Origin: Paecilomyces variotii
Lineage: Eukaryota
DNA: 64,000 bases
Reading direction: 5' to 3' (one strand)
Assembly (NCBI GenBank): GCA_004022145.1
Contig: RCNU01000007.1
This document shows positions 1 to 15,012 of the stretch, piece after piece. The position numbers and the translations under genes were made by a program. Numbering within the stretch: position 1 is the stretch's first letter; the number at the start of each line of letters is the position of its first letter. The notes beneath the pieces are model-generated. The model was not told where the DNA came from and ran no database searches. It saw only the letters and a list, made by a program, of their open reading frames with translations.

Positions 1-1116
1 TCTCCCCACGCTTCAACGGCTCAAAAATAGTTGTCCATAGTTCATTTGCTTCCCCAAGGAAGTAAGTCAAACTAACATCGGCCATGCTGGCATCATCCCC
101 CCCAGCAAGTGTTTCCAGTTGAGAGATAATGTTTTCAAGTCCGAAAGCCTTTCCGGTGGCTTGTGTTGAACCCGCTTCCAGCATAACATTAACGATGTGA
201 ATGTGGAAGTGATAATAAGTTGGTTGATCTGTTATGTTCAGTATGTTTCCAGTGAAGTAGCAAAGATAGATTAACACTCAACGTACAATGAACGTAAAGT
301 TTCAGCTGGTCCTGTTCAAGCTCAGGATACATTTCCACAGTAGCGTCCAGAAGCCTCTGTCTCAAATATCGTAGCCAAGGAATGTGACTCTTCCTCAAGT
401 CACGCAAACTCCATATATCTCGCCTCTGAACTAAAGCAAGTAAATGAAGCGATCCAATGGTCTTGCGGTCCCAATTAAGGTCCGGGAGCATCAAGAAGCC
501 ATCTTCAGGACTATTGCCTGGCTCCTTCAAGATCACGTCTTCTTGTTCCGTTTTTCCTTCTAGGATGTTGAAAATCCAGTTCAGCCTTCCTTCCTCTCGT
601 TGTCTACTCATGTATGGCCTGACGTAATTTTTATAGACCTCTGGGGTCTCGGTGACCATGCGCACAAGCTGAGCGGAGTACTTCTTAATGTGCTTATCTG
701 TGCACGGCCAGATAAGGTTGAGTTTGAGATCCGGAGGTTGGGCGCTTGCAGTATCACCACCAGACGATGCCATATACCAGCGATAAATGTCATTGTCGCC
801 CAAGTTTGTCACCCGTGATATGGCAGCATGGAAAGCTCGCAGGACTTCTACTGATTCGGTAGCGAACACGGCCCGTTCTGCTGTCAGGATGCCCTGCTTG
901 CCCGAAATTGTACCTAGAATAGAAATGCGACGACCATGCTGGTCTGTGCGGTACGAGGATATCAGTTTATCGCGTGTACTAGCGGTATAGTTCTCCTGAG
1001 AGGACGTATATTGCTGCGAAACTCAGAGTGTGAAGGCCAGGGATCGAACCTTGGTTAAGGAGTCTCTCGACCTCGAATTGCGAGATCAGAGCTTCCGGAG
1101 TGGTACCCCCGGCCAT
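1..1116 (-). CDS. DCS1: m7GpppX scavenger mRNA decapping enzyme (DcpS); 3' end runs off the window
   Basis: ATG at 1116 (MAGGTTPEALISQFEVERLL). Exon 2 has LNLIWPCTDKHIKKYS, LPDLNWD and IWSLRDL. After an intron at ~228-284 the HIT-like motif HYQPTYYHFHIH appears. Confidence 0.93.
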
Positions 1117-1864
1117 GTCGAAGGCTTCAAGGTACTACTCACGCTCAGATAAGAGGTATGTTAGAGTTGTGATAAACAAAGCAATTTGTGTCGGCAGTCA
1201 ACTTTCGTCGACTCCAGATTATTTATTGTCGGCAGAATCCAAAGGCGGTCAGGGACGCTAAACTGCGCTGTAAATATATGCCTGTTATCGGCAGTTAAAT
1301 TGTGAAATAGATACACGCCTATCACATAATGCAGGAAAGTATCATGTGTCATATATCGCAGATCTTGCCTATATCGCAATCCTTAGATGTCTAAGAACTG
1401 CCTCCGTAGCTATTCCGGACAACCAGGAATGATTCTGACGGTGGCTATCTGCATCTCCTCTATCTCTTTCGGCGACATCAAAATTGGGCCGTCTTTAGCC
1501 TGCGTTGGGTTCCCGAAGGGAGTTTGTTTTCTGGGTAGGGTTGCGGAACCAGTAAATTTCTTTTTCCATCGCAGTCCGAAGTCTTACCCATAGGCGTCGC
1601 CGTAGTTTTGAGACGCTCACTGGGAAATGTAGCGACATAAACACATGACATAAACACATGCATGTGCTATGAAGTCTTTGCGCCGAGAGGTTCAAGACTC
1701 GAATTGAGAAGCATCGGACCCTGGAAGGCACTAAACGGTCACATCTGTGTTGACCACAATCTAGAAGCGATGCGATTCGCTAGGGTCGTCTGTTATCACG
1801 GCATAACTTCCCCGTAGCTCTATTGTATAGCATGGAAAGCCACTTCCGAGGCAATGGTGACAAT

Positions 1865-2592
1865 TTAGCTGGAAGTGTCTTTGCCCTCTCCCTCAGTCGA
1901 AGCTTCCGGACTCAGGTGCATCTGCCAAATCAGACATCAGACGTCAGCTTCTGCAGCACACGGGTATAGTATAACATCTGGGAGAATTACCGCCTCTGCA
2001 AACTTTATCCACTCTTCTACGCCCTTGACAAAGGGGTCATCTGCTGCTGGCATGATTTCATGGCCCCAGACGACGAACTCGTCGAATGTAGCCTGGGTCT
2101 CAAGAACCTTGACGGGCTCTTCCCGCTCCTCGTCCTGTTCGCCATTCTGCAGTTCCGCCTTTCTGTTCGTCTTCGGATGTAGCACCCGGTCCGTTGGCAT
2201 CGCGACGACACCTAATAACCATATCAGCATCATATGATAGCAACCTAAGTAGAAATGACCATACCTTTATAGCCCTCCGGAATGGCAACACGACGAGCGC
2301 GTAATTTTCGCCCTCTGAAGTGCGCGGTTTGAACATCTCCTTCGTAATTGACATGTGTCAGCAAAGAACGAGTAATGTTCCATGAGAGCGCAGAGCGCAG
2401 AGTCCTAAATTCAAGGCACTCGTGGAGGAGTATGATACCATTTTCATCCACCAGAGGCTTCCAGTAGCGCTCAAGAGATTCTAGAGGACCATCATGATGT
2501 ATGCGACAAGGTAAGATATTCGGAGTAGATGTATTCGAAGACTGCGTGTCCGTCTCTGGGGAGATACTCTGTGCTGATTGAAGTGCAAACAT
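1865..2592 (-). CDS. RNH203: RNase H2 non-catalytic subunit C
   Basis: Spliced pieces NILPCRIHHDGP, AHFRGRKLR...IPEGYKG and ATFDEFVVWGHE...DDPFVKGVEEWIKFAEA|MH; TAA at 1865-1867. Confidence 0.88.
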
Positions 2593-3039
2593 TTCTGCGA
2601 CAATGGAAAGGAACGAAAATGCACTTGTAGGCAGTGTTCGAATAGGTTCTCTTCGATGAATAGCTCGAACTCAGTGTTTCCCAGAATCGGTGTTAGAATG
2701 CTTGAACACGATGTTCTTCGCAGGGTCTTCTGCTCGACGCGACGCGACTACTCGCGTTTAACTACCAATTAAAGTGTGGAGAAATGACCGATAAGGTAAC
2801 GCTTATCAGAAAGTCCTGGTAAAGCAATGTGCAGATTCACTGAAGCTATTTTGCAATTATATCGAGCATTATAGTATGCATTAATGACCTTCCTCCTCCG
2901 ATTATATACACTCATGTAGTACAGACACCGCTATTGATCGAATAGACCAAAGAACCAAAGTCTTGCTAGATTTCGGACACAATTTTCTACACGAAACGTT
3001 GGGGTATTATTCGCATACAGTAATAGTAACACATGTTCT

Positions 3040-4057
3040 TCACCTCTTTCGAGACTTCTTCTTAGGTTTCTTCTTCTTCTTTGCCGGACTGTCCCCGTTT
3101 TCCTTCGCTTCCGTCGTAACCCGGACGGGCCACTTCTTCGCATGCTCCCGCTCGAACGCATCCTTATCTCGTCTGAACAGCATCATTGTTGCTCTGGCAT
3201 CTTCAACACTGGAGTGAGCGCCTTCTTGGATCTTCAAGCCCAGGAGCTCTGAAGCCAGGACCTTTAGACGCGGAGATCCTCCACCTGCGAACTTCCTATA
3301 TGGTGGATGCTTGCTTGTATCTCTTATGTCCCGTTTAGGATGGGGCAGGAGGAGAGCATCGAGATCGTTTCGAACTGCATGGCCGACTAAAACTGTGCCC
3401 TCGAGTATTTTGGCTACATCCCTCTGTACTTCCTCCAGCGAGCGTGCCTCGAGCATATGCTTTGGTAATATTCCGCTGACATGTGTGCGCCAATCGGTGA
3501 CCATTTCTTTGGGTCTAACAAAGGAGTCGTAGACTTGCTCGCCGTTATAGTTGACTATACTTACTCGAGCAAGGACAGAGTCATTGTCAGGATTAGGTCC
3601 GACACCGACCATTTCGCAATCAATCGCGACATATTTTCCTATTTCGACACTATGAAAATAGTCAGAGGCGTTAATGCATATAAGAAGGGCATGACAAAGG
3701 GGAAACAAGGGAAATGACTCACTCGGGAGATAGCCCTGCATTGACTTGTCCATTCCGTGAATCGGCTTTGGGTGTCGAAGTTGCAGAATTCCTCCGCAAC
3801 GCAACCTCTGTGACTGTTTCTCGCACCTCCTTTGCCGCATCCTTTTCGGTTTCCTCCATCGTCCTCTTCCTTTTCAGAGATTTATGCTGTCCCTCAGTTT
3901 TCTTCCCACTGACGCTCTCTGTCCTCCGCCGTTTTACTCCATTTTGGCTGTCACGGTCCGAGGTCTTGCGCTTCGTAGAGGTGGAGACCGAGGGGTTCTC
4001 CTTTTTCAGTTTCTCTTGGAGCTTTTTCCAATTGCTGGATAAAGTTTTGAGCTCCAT
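3040..4057 (-). CDS. REX4: RNA exonuclease 4 (DEDDh family, rRNA processing)
   Basis: N-terminal LSSNWKKLQ; Exo[30 protein letters not shown]; one intron at ~3652-3722. Confidence 0.93.
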
Positions 4058-4441
4058 TCCAAATCGCTTAACGAGAATCTCTTAAGCTTCCATTTTATTG
4101 TCAAGGTGGGACAATAATTCGAAGTTCAATTCTGGTCGGAGATAATTTTCGGAGCGGGATTCTCAATCAAGTGGATGCAAACGCGGCAAACACGATAGCG
4201 GCGATTTTCCGTAGATACTCTTAGAACCCTTTTCCTGTTAGCATTCACCCTCAAAAAGAAACGTGAATACGGAGATGTGTGTTAATATGCCACCAGATTG
4301 ATGAGTATGTCTAGTACTCTTGATACAGTGTAGCTGCTCTAACATGTTGAGCCTGTATGTAGGTTGTTACCTGAACTCTCGTCCAGATACGCCTTTTTGG
4401 ACTATCCATCCCCCTGAAAGTGTTCTTAAAAGCGATTGCCA

Positions 4442-5077
4442 ATGCCTCCCTTGATCTCAGTTTTCTCTGACTCGGAGAGTCCGGAACCTTCACCTATCGA
4501 ATCTTCTGATTCCCCCAGTCCAGAACCTTTACCTGTCGAATCGTCTGATTCCCCCAGTCCAGAAGCTCTATTTGTTGAATCCTCTGGCTCCTCGAGCACC
4601 GGATCTCTATCGGTTGATTTCCATGGTCCCTCTCGCTCTCGGGAGAACTATGATCGGTCGCAGGTAGCTGATCAACCACGTTTGCCCTGGGAATGGAATC
4701 CGAGGGGTAAAACAACAGAACTCTACACCCACACGGCCGTTGGGAAGTGGTGGTTTCATGGGAAGAAGGACATTGAACGTCTCAATCCCAACAAGCGGCG
4801 TGATATTAGCCATATTGGTCGGATTATGGAGACCGAGTTAGGAGAGCAGTTATTTGGGGATAATAGATGCACTGCCTGTCAATTCAACAAACAGGAATGT
4901 TGGGTTTATTCGACAGAGGGGGCTCAGCAGATTAGCCGGCCAGGGGATTCCTGTGCTCGCTGCCGATTGAGTGCTCGTGCTGGGGGCTGCAGTCTATCCA
5001 AGCGACGTAAACGGGTCATTGAGCCACCTGAAACCGGCAATAGGGGGTTTGTGCCTATTCAAAAACGCATGCGTTAG
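4442..5077 (+). CDS. Orphan intronless protein with a 13-aa Ser/Pro repeat and a C-terminal Cys cluster (CxxC-x5-C ... CxxC-x8-C)
   Basis: Open frame of ~211 aa from ATG 4442; CTACQFNKQEC...CARCRLSARAGGC; three copies of a 39-nt repeat near the N-terminus. Confidence 0.55.
   Translation: MPPLISVFSDSESPEPSPIESSDSPSPEPLPVESSDSPSPEALFVESSGSSSTGSLSVDFHGPSRSRENYDRSQVADQPRLPWEWNPRGKTTELYTHTAVGKWWFHGKKDIERLNPNKRRDISHIGRIMETELGEQLFGDNRCTACQFNKQECWVYSTEGAQQISRPGDSCARCRLSARAGGCSLSKRRKRVIEPPETGNRGFVPIQKRMR
4466..4585 (+). repeat. In-frame 39-nt tandem repeat x3 (SDSPSPEPLPVES-like)
   Basis: tctgactcggagagtccggaaccttcacctatcgaatct / tctgattcccccagtccagaacctttacctgtcgaatcg / tctgattcccccagtccagaagctctatttgttgaatcc. 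Confidence 0.85.
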
Positions 5078-5489
5078 ACTCGGATCGTATGACATTTTTG
5101 TCTTATCAATTGCATAAACTTCATGAATTAAGCATCAACTATGTACATACTTGATGGCAAGCGGGTTTGCCATAGGCCGAATGCTTCAGAGTGTCTCAGA
5201 AGGTTTGAACTGCAAGAAATTCCAGGCATCAATCAATATGTTGCGATTTACCAGGTTTATAGTACGTATACTTATCGTACACAGCGTTCGATCAGTCATT
5301 GACCTCACGAGCGAACCGGACCTAGAGCCTGACAACAGAGAAAGTGAATTATATATGAGGACCAAGCACGTTCATCAGTCCTCCCGTCCTAGAGGTCACA
5401 AGTCCCTGCAGATCGATTCAATGCCTTTTTACCTATATTAAACCCCTGACCACCTGAAAAATATATATTTTCTAAATACATATTTTTGA

Positions 5490-5558
5490 CGCAGATTCCG
5501 CATGGCAGATTCCCCTGCAGACCACCGCTGATAACGTTCGCGTTACGAGCACGTAGTG
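5490..5558 (-). mobile_element. Possible CACTA-type transposon terminus (one end only)
   Basis: The minus strand reads CACTACGTGCTCGTAACGCGAACG... from 5558, 4 nt from the start of the rDNA fragment. No partner end was found. Confidence 0.3.
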
Positions 5559-5562
5559 TTGT

Positions 5563-6064
5563 ATCAAGAAAGAGCTCTCAATCTGTCAATCCTTATTTTG
5601 TCTGGACCTGGTGAGTTTCCCCGTGTTGAGTCAAATTAAGCCGCAGGCTCCCAGTTAAAGTCGCAGGGTATTTATGCCTGAACCGTTGGAATTTCTTCCC
5701 ACGCCGGACTATATCTTAAGCTGGTCGACCACCCAACCAACCCACACCCATCTAGTCTCTGAACCTTCCCCATATCCTCAGAGAGGACTGTAGGGGCTTG
5801 GCTGCGGATTGCCCAATCTATCAGCGTTGTAACCATACCCGAGGCAATTAACCTGGCCACCACTATCTTTCGAATCAGTGGCTTGGTAGCTGACAGCTTA
5901 AGGGGTTTCCCGCAATTTGAGTGTGTCGCCCAGAGAGATCCGGACTAGCATTTACTGTTTAGAGGATCACCACATCACCCTTTCGGGCTGCTGTTCGGCG
6001 CAGAGTTGCTGCGGCTGGCAGAAGCAATAATGGTTTACGCCTTGTGGTGCCCTTCCGTCAATTT

Positions 6065-6098
<34 letters not shown>

Positions 6099-6230
6099 AG
6101 AACCCAAAAACTTTGATTTCTCGTAAGGTGCCGAACGGGTCATAATAGAAACACCGTCCGATCCCTAGTCGGCATAGTTTAAGACATCTGATCGTCTTCG
6201 ATCCCCTAACTTTCGTTCCCTGATTAGTGA
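5563..6230 (-). pseudogene. Dispersed internal fragment of 18S (SSU) rDNA with small deletions, interrupted by a group I intron
   Basis: Minus strand: AATCAGGGAACGAAAGTTAGGGGATCGAAGACGATCAGAT...AAACTTAAAGAAATTGACGGAAGGGCACCACAAGGCGT|intron|GGAGCCTGCGGCTTAATTTGACTCAACACGGGGAAACTCACCAGG...GAGAGCTCTTTCTTGAT. The conserved CAGATACCGTCGTAGTCTTAACCATAAAC is reduced to CAGATGTCTTAAAC. No flanking rDNA. Confidence 0.95.
5652..6036 (-). ncRNA. Group I intron (IC1-type) at SSU position S943, 385 nt, no homing endonuclease ORF
   Basis: Inserted after exon ...GGCGU and ends in omega-G. P AAUUGCGGGAAA, Q AAUCCGCAGC, R GUUCAGAGACUAGA, S AAGAUAUAGUCC. IGS GCGCC (5997-6001) pairs with exon GGCGU. Confidence 0.92.
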
Positions 6231-6462
6231 GATCATCTGTGATTGATCTTCTTCCTCATACTTCAATCTAGAAGTTATCGCGTGCTGGAAGATTTGGAAC
6301 ACCTTGTTGGTAGACGTATTGTTCACTCGGACAGGATATCTCTTTTGTGAGATTTGAGTTTATTGATTGCATTGGAAGTGGAAATTCCAGTTTTTCGTGA
6401 CGTTCCTGTCAAATGATGAAATTCCTGCAGATAGGCTAATATATGCACATAAGAAATGATTA

Positions 6463-7883
6463 TTACTCCAACCCAGGAACCTTGAAGTCCTTGTATGTCC
6501 ACTTCTCCGTCGTCTTCCTCTTGGCCTTCTTTGGCTGCGTTACCGGCTTTCGGGACTCTAGCTTTCCATTGACAATCAGATTCCGGAATCTATCATCCAG
6601 AAGATTACCCTCTGGCTTGAGTAGACGAAGCGATTCCTGGAGCTCGTCCGGCAGCACAACTTCTACTGGCTTCTCGGGGACACTGACGGAGTAATTAGCA
6701 CTATAAATATAGGTGTGGTCAGAATATACTCACGGATTCTTCCCAAGAGGTCGTCGACGCAATTTCGTGTCGTCACCTTCATCTGAAGAGTCACCTCCCC
6801 GTTCCTGGCGTTTCCTGCGTTCTTCTTCTTCCTCTTCGACCTTCTTGGCGATGCTCTTGACTTGTTCTGCTTGTTGCTGTCTCTTCTTCATTTGCTCTTC
6901 CCACTTGGCTTTCCTCTCAGCTTCCTTGCGCCTCTTAATCTTGTTCCTCTGAGACTGGGTCTTCCTCTCGGGTCTCTTTTTATTTAACCACTCAGGCTTC
7001 TCGTACTCGCTCTCAAACCCTTCCCATGCACTTTCGTCATCGGATTTCACTTCACCATCGTCACCCTGAGCTTCAGCCTCCGCCCTTTTGCGCTGTCTCT
7101 CCTGCCATCTTTGCTCATCCTCAAGGCGCTTCTTCTCTGCTTCTACCGCCCTTTGGCCTTCCTCTGCCAGGAGTCTATCCCAGTCTTCGAAAGAGGGATT
7201 GTAACTTACTCCTGCGTCAGGTTTCTTCACCGCTGGAACAGGCTTTCCGTTGGCGGTAAGAGAGATTGGTGCCTTCTTTATCGTAGGAGGGGCCACCTTG
7301 GACTTGGGTTTCTCTAGGAAGTCAAATTTTGGGTCCTCATAAGCGGTTGTCTCTTCCGTGTCTGCCCAGGGATCGTAGATCTCATCTCCCTCTTTCTTCG
7401 CATCGGGGTTTCCTTCTCGCGCAACCTGCTTCAAGCGCAGCCATTCCTTGCGACTGACGTAGTCACTCTTGTGCCTCTTCGTCTTTGGCTCAATGACTCC
7501 ATCGGTTACTTTCGAGTTTGCTCGCTTCCTGCTATCAACGGCGGGAATTGCAGATCGCTGGGCGATAATCTCATCGGACTTCAGAGTCTTGTGGTGCTTC
7601 AGGTATGCTTTCCGGATTTCTTCTGAACCGGTAGTATCGATGGTGAAAAGCTCTTCTGAAGGTTTCTCTGCAACGACACCTCTGTGCAAATGGGACTCTG
7701 TAAGCTCAAGAACACCGAAGATCCATTGGGTAAATAAATAGAGCCTTACCCTTTGATTTCTTCTTCCCTCAAGGCCCGGAGACCCTCTTGAACCTCGGAG
7801 ACGTCGACATTCTTCCGCCACGCCTTCTTGCCTTTCCTTGAAGGCTGCTTATATTGGTGAGGAGCCTCCACTGCGGCCGACAT
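6463..7883 (-). CDS. NOP53: Ribosome biogenesis protein Nop53 (60S; GLTSCR2 family)
   Basis: QPSRKGKKAWRKNVD, LFTIDTTG (arch-interacting motif), SYNPSFEDW, and C-terminal LRLLKPEGNLLDDRFRNL...KWTYKDF; 2 introns. Confidence 0.92.
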
Positions 7884-8621
7884 GTTGACAGTTATCCCAG
7901 TTCAGATTATGACTGGGCTTTTGATTGTTCAACCGATGCTTTTTTTGAGAGTCGAAAATCCAAAAATTCTGGACCGCCTAGCGCGGGGAGGACGCTAGTG
8001 CGGCTATCGCACCAATAAGCGCGTTGGTCTGGATCTTTATCAGCTTCTGATCAAACTGCGATTTCAGTATCATCCTCAATAGAGATACAAGCGCTCGCAT
8101 TTAACATTTCCTTTCTGAGTCTGTGATACGTGGAGGAACTCTGTGAGCGCTATGGTAATCTGCAATATCTTGTCTACCTCCTCACTGAAAATGGGCAGTT
8201 TGGGCCGGGTATCTACGCCTTCGCTATGAGTTATATTTCCCAGACAGATAACAAGCATCTCCATTCCATCAGAGGACGTACTTTTCTCATATTGATGTCA
8301 AGAAAGCCCTGTAGACCTGAAATCAATAGAAGATTCGCCAATAAATTTAGTATTCGTAGCTGACGTTCATTGGTCGATCAGCGCAAACGCGACGGCCAAG
8401 TTGGTCTGTATCGCCACCCGCAGCGCTTAACCCTGCATGGAAGCGCGTTCGTCTGCCTTTGCTCAAAACGTCAATCAGTCACTCATACCTTGAGTGAGCT
8501 CCGTCCATTCTTTAGCCGTGGTGCTTTCATACCTTTTCTGCAGATTCGCATAGTTCCTGTGTTCTTATCTTTTTGTCTTTCTATCAGCTTCAGCTGGTGT
8601 CTTCACCAGAGACCCTGCGCC

Positions 8622-11160
<2,539 letters not shown>

Positions 11161-11764
11161 ATTTTTCTTCAGATAATGGTCAGCCAGATATGTCTTATGT
11201 GCATTATATCCCGCGGAGTCGGTTCTAGGATGTCATCTAGTCTTGTATAAAAAATATTCTTCTACGTATGTAATATTGTGTGGCCACTTGTAATTCGACT
11301 TACAGGCAATCATCCCCCTTCGAAGTCAGAAATCTTGGAACTGTTAGCCTACATTGACTATACATTACGTTGAAATGCGTACATATATTTGTAGTGGTCC
11401 TGATGTGTAAGAGTAGAATGGTGTCGCTCATCAGCATAGAAGAGCTCAACCAAGTAGATTCAAGCAGTACAACTTTTTTCCTTTGACGGATGTTCAGATG
11501 TAGAGGTGTTATTGTCCTCCATGAACTACGGCACGAATACTTATGGCTACAAGCGGGTGGCTTTAACTGCAAAGGCGGGAACGGAAGGCGACGCAACAGG
11601 TCTCACTTAGGCTTCAAAGAGCCATTCCCGCAGTGGCGACCCTAGCTAGCAACTTCAACCTCACCAGCAGCGCCATCTGCAAAAAGTCATCTCAATCTCA
11701 ACCACGACGCCATTTCCATCACAAAAATCCATCTTTAATCGAGTAAAATCATCTTGCGGACACG

Positions 11765-13679
11765 ATGGGCGGCAGAGATTCCCATGGCGAGGTCTCTGGC
11801 ACCCCCGATCCCGTCGAGAAAGGGTTCGCCACCCTCAGCTCGCTCAGGTAGGCACCCAAAATCTCCAAAAGAGGGCTTTATGACATTCCCATCCCCGATT
11901 TATACGGTCGCATGTGCTGATTTTCATGATAGAATCGGTGTAAAGGCTATGGTTGAGAAGGTGAGGCATAGACAGCAAATCCTTGCTATGCGTGATTTTA
12001 TATCACGTGATCGTTTCCATTTCCGGTAATATTGACTGACTGACTGACTTGATTGATATAGGATGGCGAGCTTCGCAAAGCAGAGATTTTGTCTATGAGA
12101 CAGCGAAAAGATGGACCTAATTTCTAGTATGGAAGTCCTCATGATTCTGTTTATTCAGTCCGAAATTATTAACGTGCGTTACAGCGTCCACTACGTCGAC
12201 TTCAATAAACGTCTTGATGGTAGGTTATAGAAACGCTAATCTTTTGGGAGTGATACTAACATTTCTCAAGAATGGGTTCCTGCATCAAGAATTGATTTAT
12301 CGAAAGAAGTCGAATGGCCTCTGCCAGAGAAGCCCGAAAAGAAGAAGACCGGTGGAGCAGGCAATAAGGCCCCAAGCAAGAATAAGCGCGCCAGAGCAGA
12401 CAGCCGAGATGTCTCTGCGACGCCTGACTTGCTCACGGGCAAGAATACGAATGTCGGAAAAGCACAGCGTCCATCGAAAGCGGGCGGGAAAGAGAATCGC
12501 CTGGATGATATTCCAGCGAACATCACCGGGTCTGAATCTGTCTCGGTATCTGGCACACCCAAGCCTGACTCTGAGGATATCGAGATGGCCGATGCTAGCT
12601 TCACGGAAACCAAAACTCTTATCAAGGAAGAAGAAAAACAGGACCAAATGTCCCGTGAAGAAGAGATCGAGAAGCTACGGACAGGTGGTAGTATGACGCA
12701 GAACCCGATCGAAGTTCACCGTGTTCGTAATCTGGATCGTTTGCAGATGGGGAAGTACGAGATGGAGCCTTGGTACTTCTCACCATATCCAGCCTCCTTT
12801 TCGGATGCAGAGATGGTCTACATCGATGAATTCTGTCTCAGTTACTTTGACAACCAGCGCGCCTTCGAACGCCATCGTTCCAAGTGTACACTCGTCCATC
12901 CTCCTGGCAACGAAATCTACCGAGATGACTATATCTCTTTCTTCGAGGTCGATGGACGACGTCAACGCACCTGGTGCCGCAATCTATGCTTGCTGAGCAA
13001 GCTCTTCCTTGACCACAAAACACTCTACTATGATGTCGATCCATTCCTCTTCTATTGCATGTGCACTCGAGACGAGACTGGCTGTCACCTGGTCGGATAC
13101 TTCTCCAAGGAGAAGGATTCAGCAGAAGGCTACAACCTGGCTTGTATCTTGACGCTTCCTCAGTACCAGAGACGTGGATTCGGTCGCCTGCTCATCTCCT
13201 TCAGTTACGAACTCAGCAAGCGAGAAGGAAAACTCGGTTCGCCAGAGAAACCTCTCAGTGATCTCGGTCTGCTGGGATACCGACAATACTGGCGAGAAAC
13301 ACTAGTCGACTTACTCATGCAACCTGGACGCGAGGCAATCAGCGAATACGAACTGGCGACCCTTAGTTCAATGACTGAAAAGGACGTCCACGAAACCCTG
13401 GTTGTTTTGGGCTTGTTGAGATATCACGTACGTCCCCTTAACCATCAATTCTTCCCCAGACCGAAACAAACTAGCACTTATACCCCTAGAAAGAATACGA
13501 AGCTAACAATTTTCCTATAGAAAGGTAACTGGGTAATCGTCCTCACCGACGCCATAATCGAGCAACAAAAGAAACACCTCGAGAAAGAAAAAGCCAAGGG
13601 CGTTCACAAAATCGATCCCGCAAGACTTCAATGGAAGCCTCCTGTCTTTACTGCTTCTAGTCGTACCTGGAATTGGTAG
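11765..13679 (+). CDS. ESA1: MYST histone acetyltransferase Esa1 (NuA4 catalytic subunit)
   Basis: Chromo-barrel [62 protein letters not shown]; ends ...RTWNW*; several short 5' exons. Confidence 0.95.
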
Positions 13680-15012
13680 CGCCTTGCTTCCACTTTCAGC
13701 TCTCTCTTTCTCTCTCTCAGTCTCTCTTTTTCAGAGAGATATATACTCATGTCTGCTCAACATTTTATTATCATCGGGGCGGTTTTCATGTCTGTGGGAT
13801 TTACCAGCGGGATGGCGTCCTTGTTGTCTTTTTCTTCTCGTCCTTCGTGCTCGTGGTCGGGTTTGGTCAATCTATACGTTGTTTGGAATTCGGTGCCTCT
13901 GATGTTTTTTTTTTGATTGATACCTTGTGTATGGATTTCGTTGTTAGGTAGATTTTCATTCTATCTGATTATTTGTTTTAATTATTCCTACTTACGAACT
14001 ATATTCGTTGCCATTACGCTATCTGGAAGTAGATCCGTTAAGATCTACGCATCACCACGCTAGACAGCGACTGTTTTCCTCTCCGAAGAGAACCTCGACT
14101 TCTATGATATTCCCCGACCACAGGCCAGAGAAGACTACAACATGGAACAAGAGAATGAAATGTAAAAAACCCTTCAATTCGATTTCATTTGCTCCTGCGT
14201 GAGCCGCGAGAGAGCAAGGGAGAGAGAGCATGGATGAGAGAAAAGAATTTGCTTTCCTAACACGCCATAACAAGCTGATAAACCTCCTGTCCAACGCCGC
14301 CTGCCCCCCTAGTTTCCCTTTTTGAATCGACAAAGCAGGATACGCCAATGAGAACAATAGTGTTGTCGGGATGATCAGGTGTAGTGTACTCATGGTGGTG
14401 CAAGGCACCCATCCATTTCAGGAAAGAAAGCGTGATAGAAAAGCGAATTTCGAGATTTCAAACGAGTCCCCCCGCGACAGGGTAGAGAAAGAGAAAGGTA
14501 CTAGGAGAGGGCCAGGCAGAAGGACGTAATATCGAGGACATGGATCGCGCACATCGAATATGACAGATACAAAGCCTTGCAGCCAAGATGTTCTTGTCTG
14601 ATCCAACAGCAATGAGAAGATGGGTGGATCATCAAGAGTAGCAATAGCATTAAGCTGACGACACCGCAGATCAGATCTCGAGGAGCGAAAGAAAGATGCA
14701 GGGCCCATGGCCGCATATTGCAGATTGGAAAAGACTGCTCTGTCAGAACGAGGACATGATGACACTTCAAAGCCAGTACTGGCGAAACATGTATGGTATT
14801 AGCGGGGAAAGAGAAATTGTTATTTCAAGGAATAAGGGGTTACTGCGTCACCGCGGATCATCTTGGACCTATGGACGGCAGGTTACACCCATCAATACTG
14901 AAACAGTAAACTTTGGTCGCCCACGCATAAACGATAAACAATCCCATGAGATGAAAAATTAGACTACGGCATGGCCGCCTTCAGATCCGAGAGCGCTCTC
15001 AGGGAAGGGGCT

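Noticed and set aside
5672-5863. 63-aa ORF inside the group I intron as a homing endonuclease
   Set aside because: Too short, overlaps the ribozyme core, and has no His-Cys box or LAGLIDADG motif.
6019-6025. GCUUCUG near the intron 5' end as an IGS fitting a foreign exon (CAGGAGU), implying horizontal origin
   Set aside because: The positionally typical IGS GCGCC (5997-6001) pairs fully with the local exon GGCGU, so no mismatch argument is needed.
5563-6230. Functional 18S rRNA gene
   Set aside because: Only ~280 nt of exon, deletions in conserved sequence, and no ITS/5.8S/28S context.
8130-8363. Short ORF between NOP53 and CEF1
   Set aside because: Non-ATG start, no motif, and it lies in a divergent promoter.
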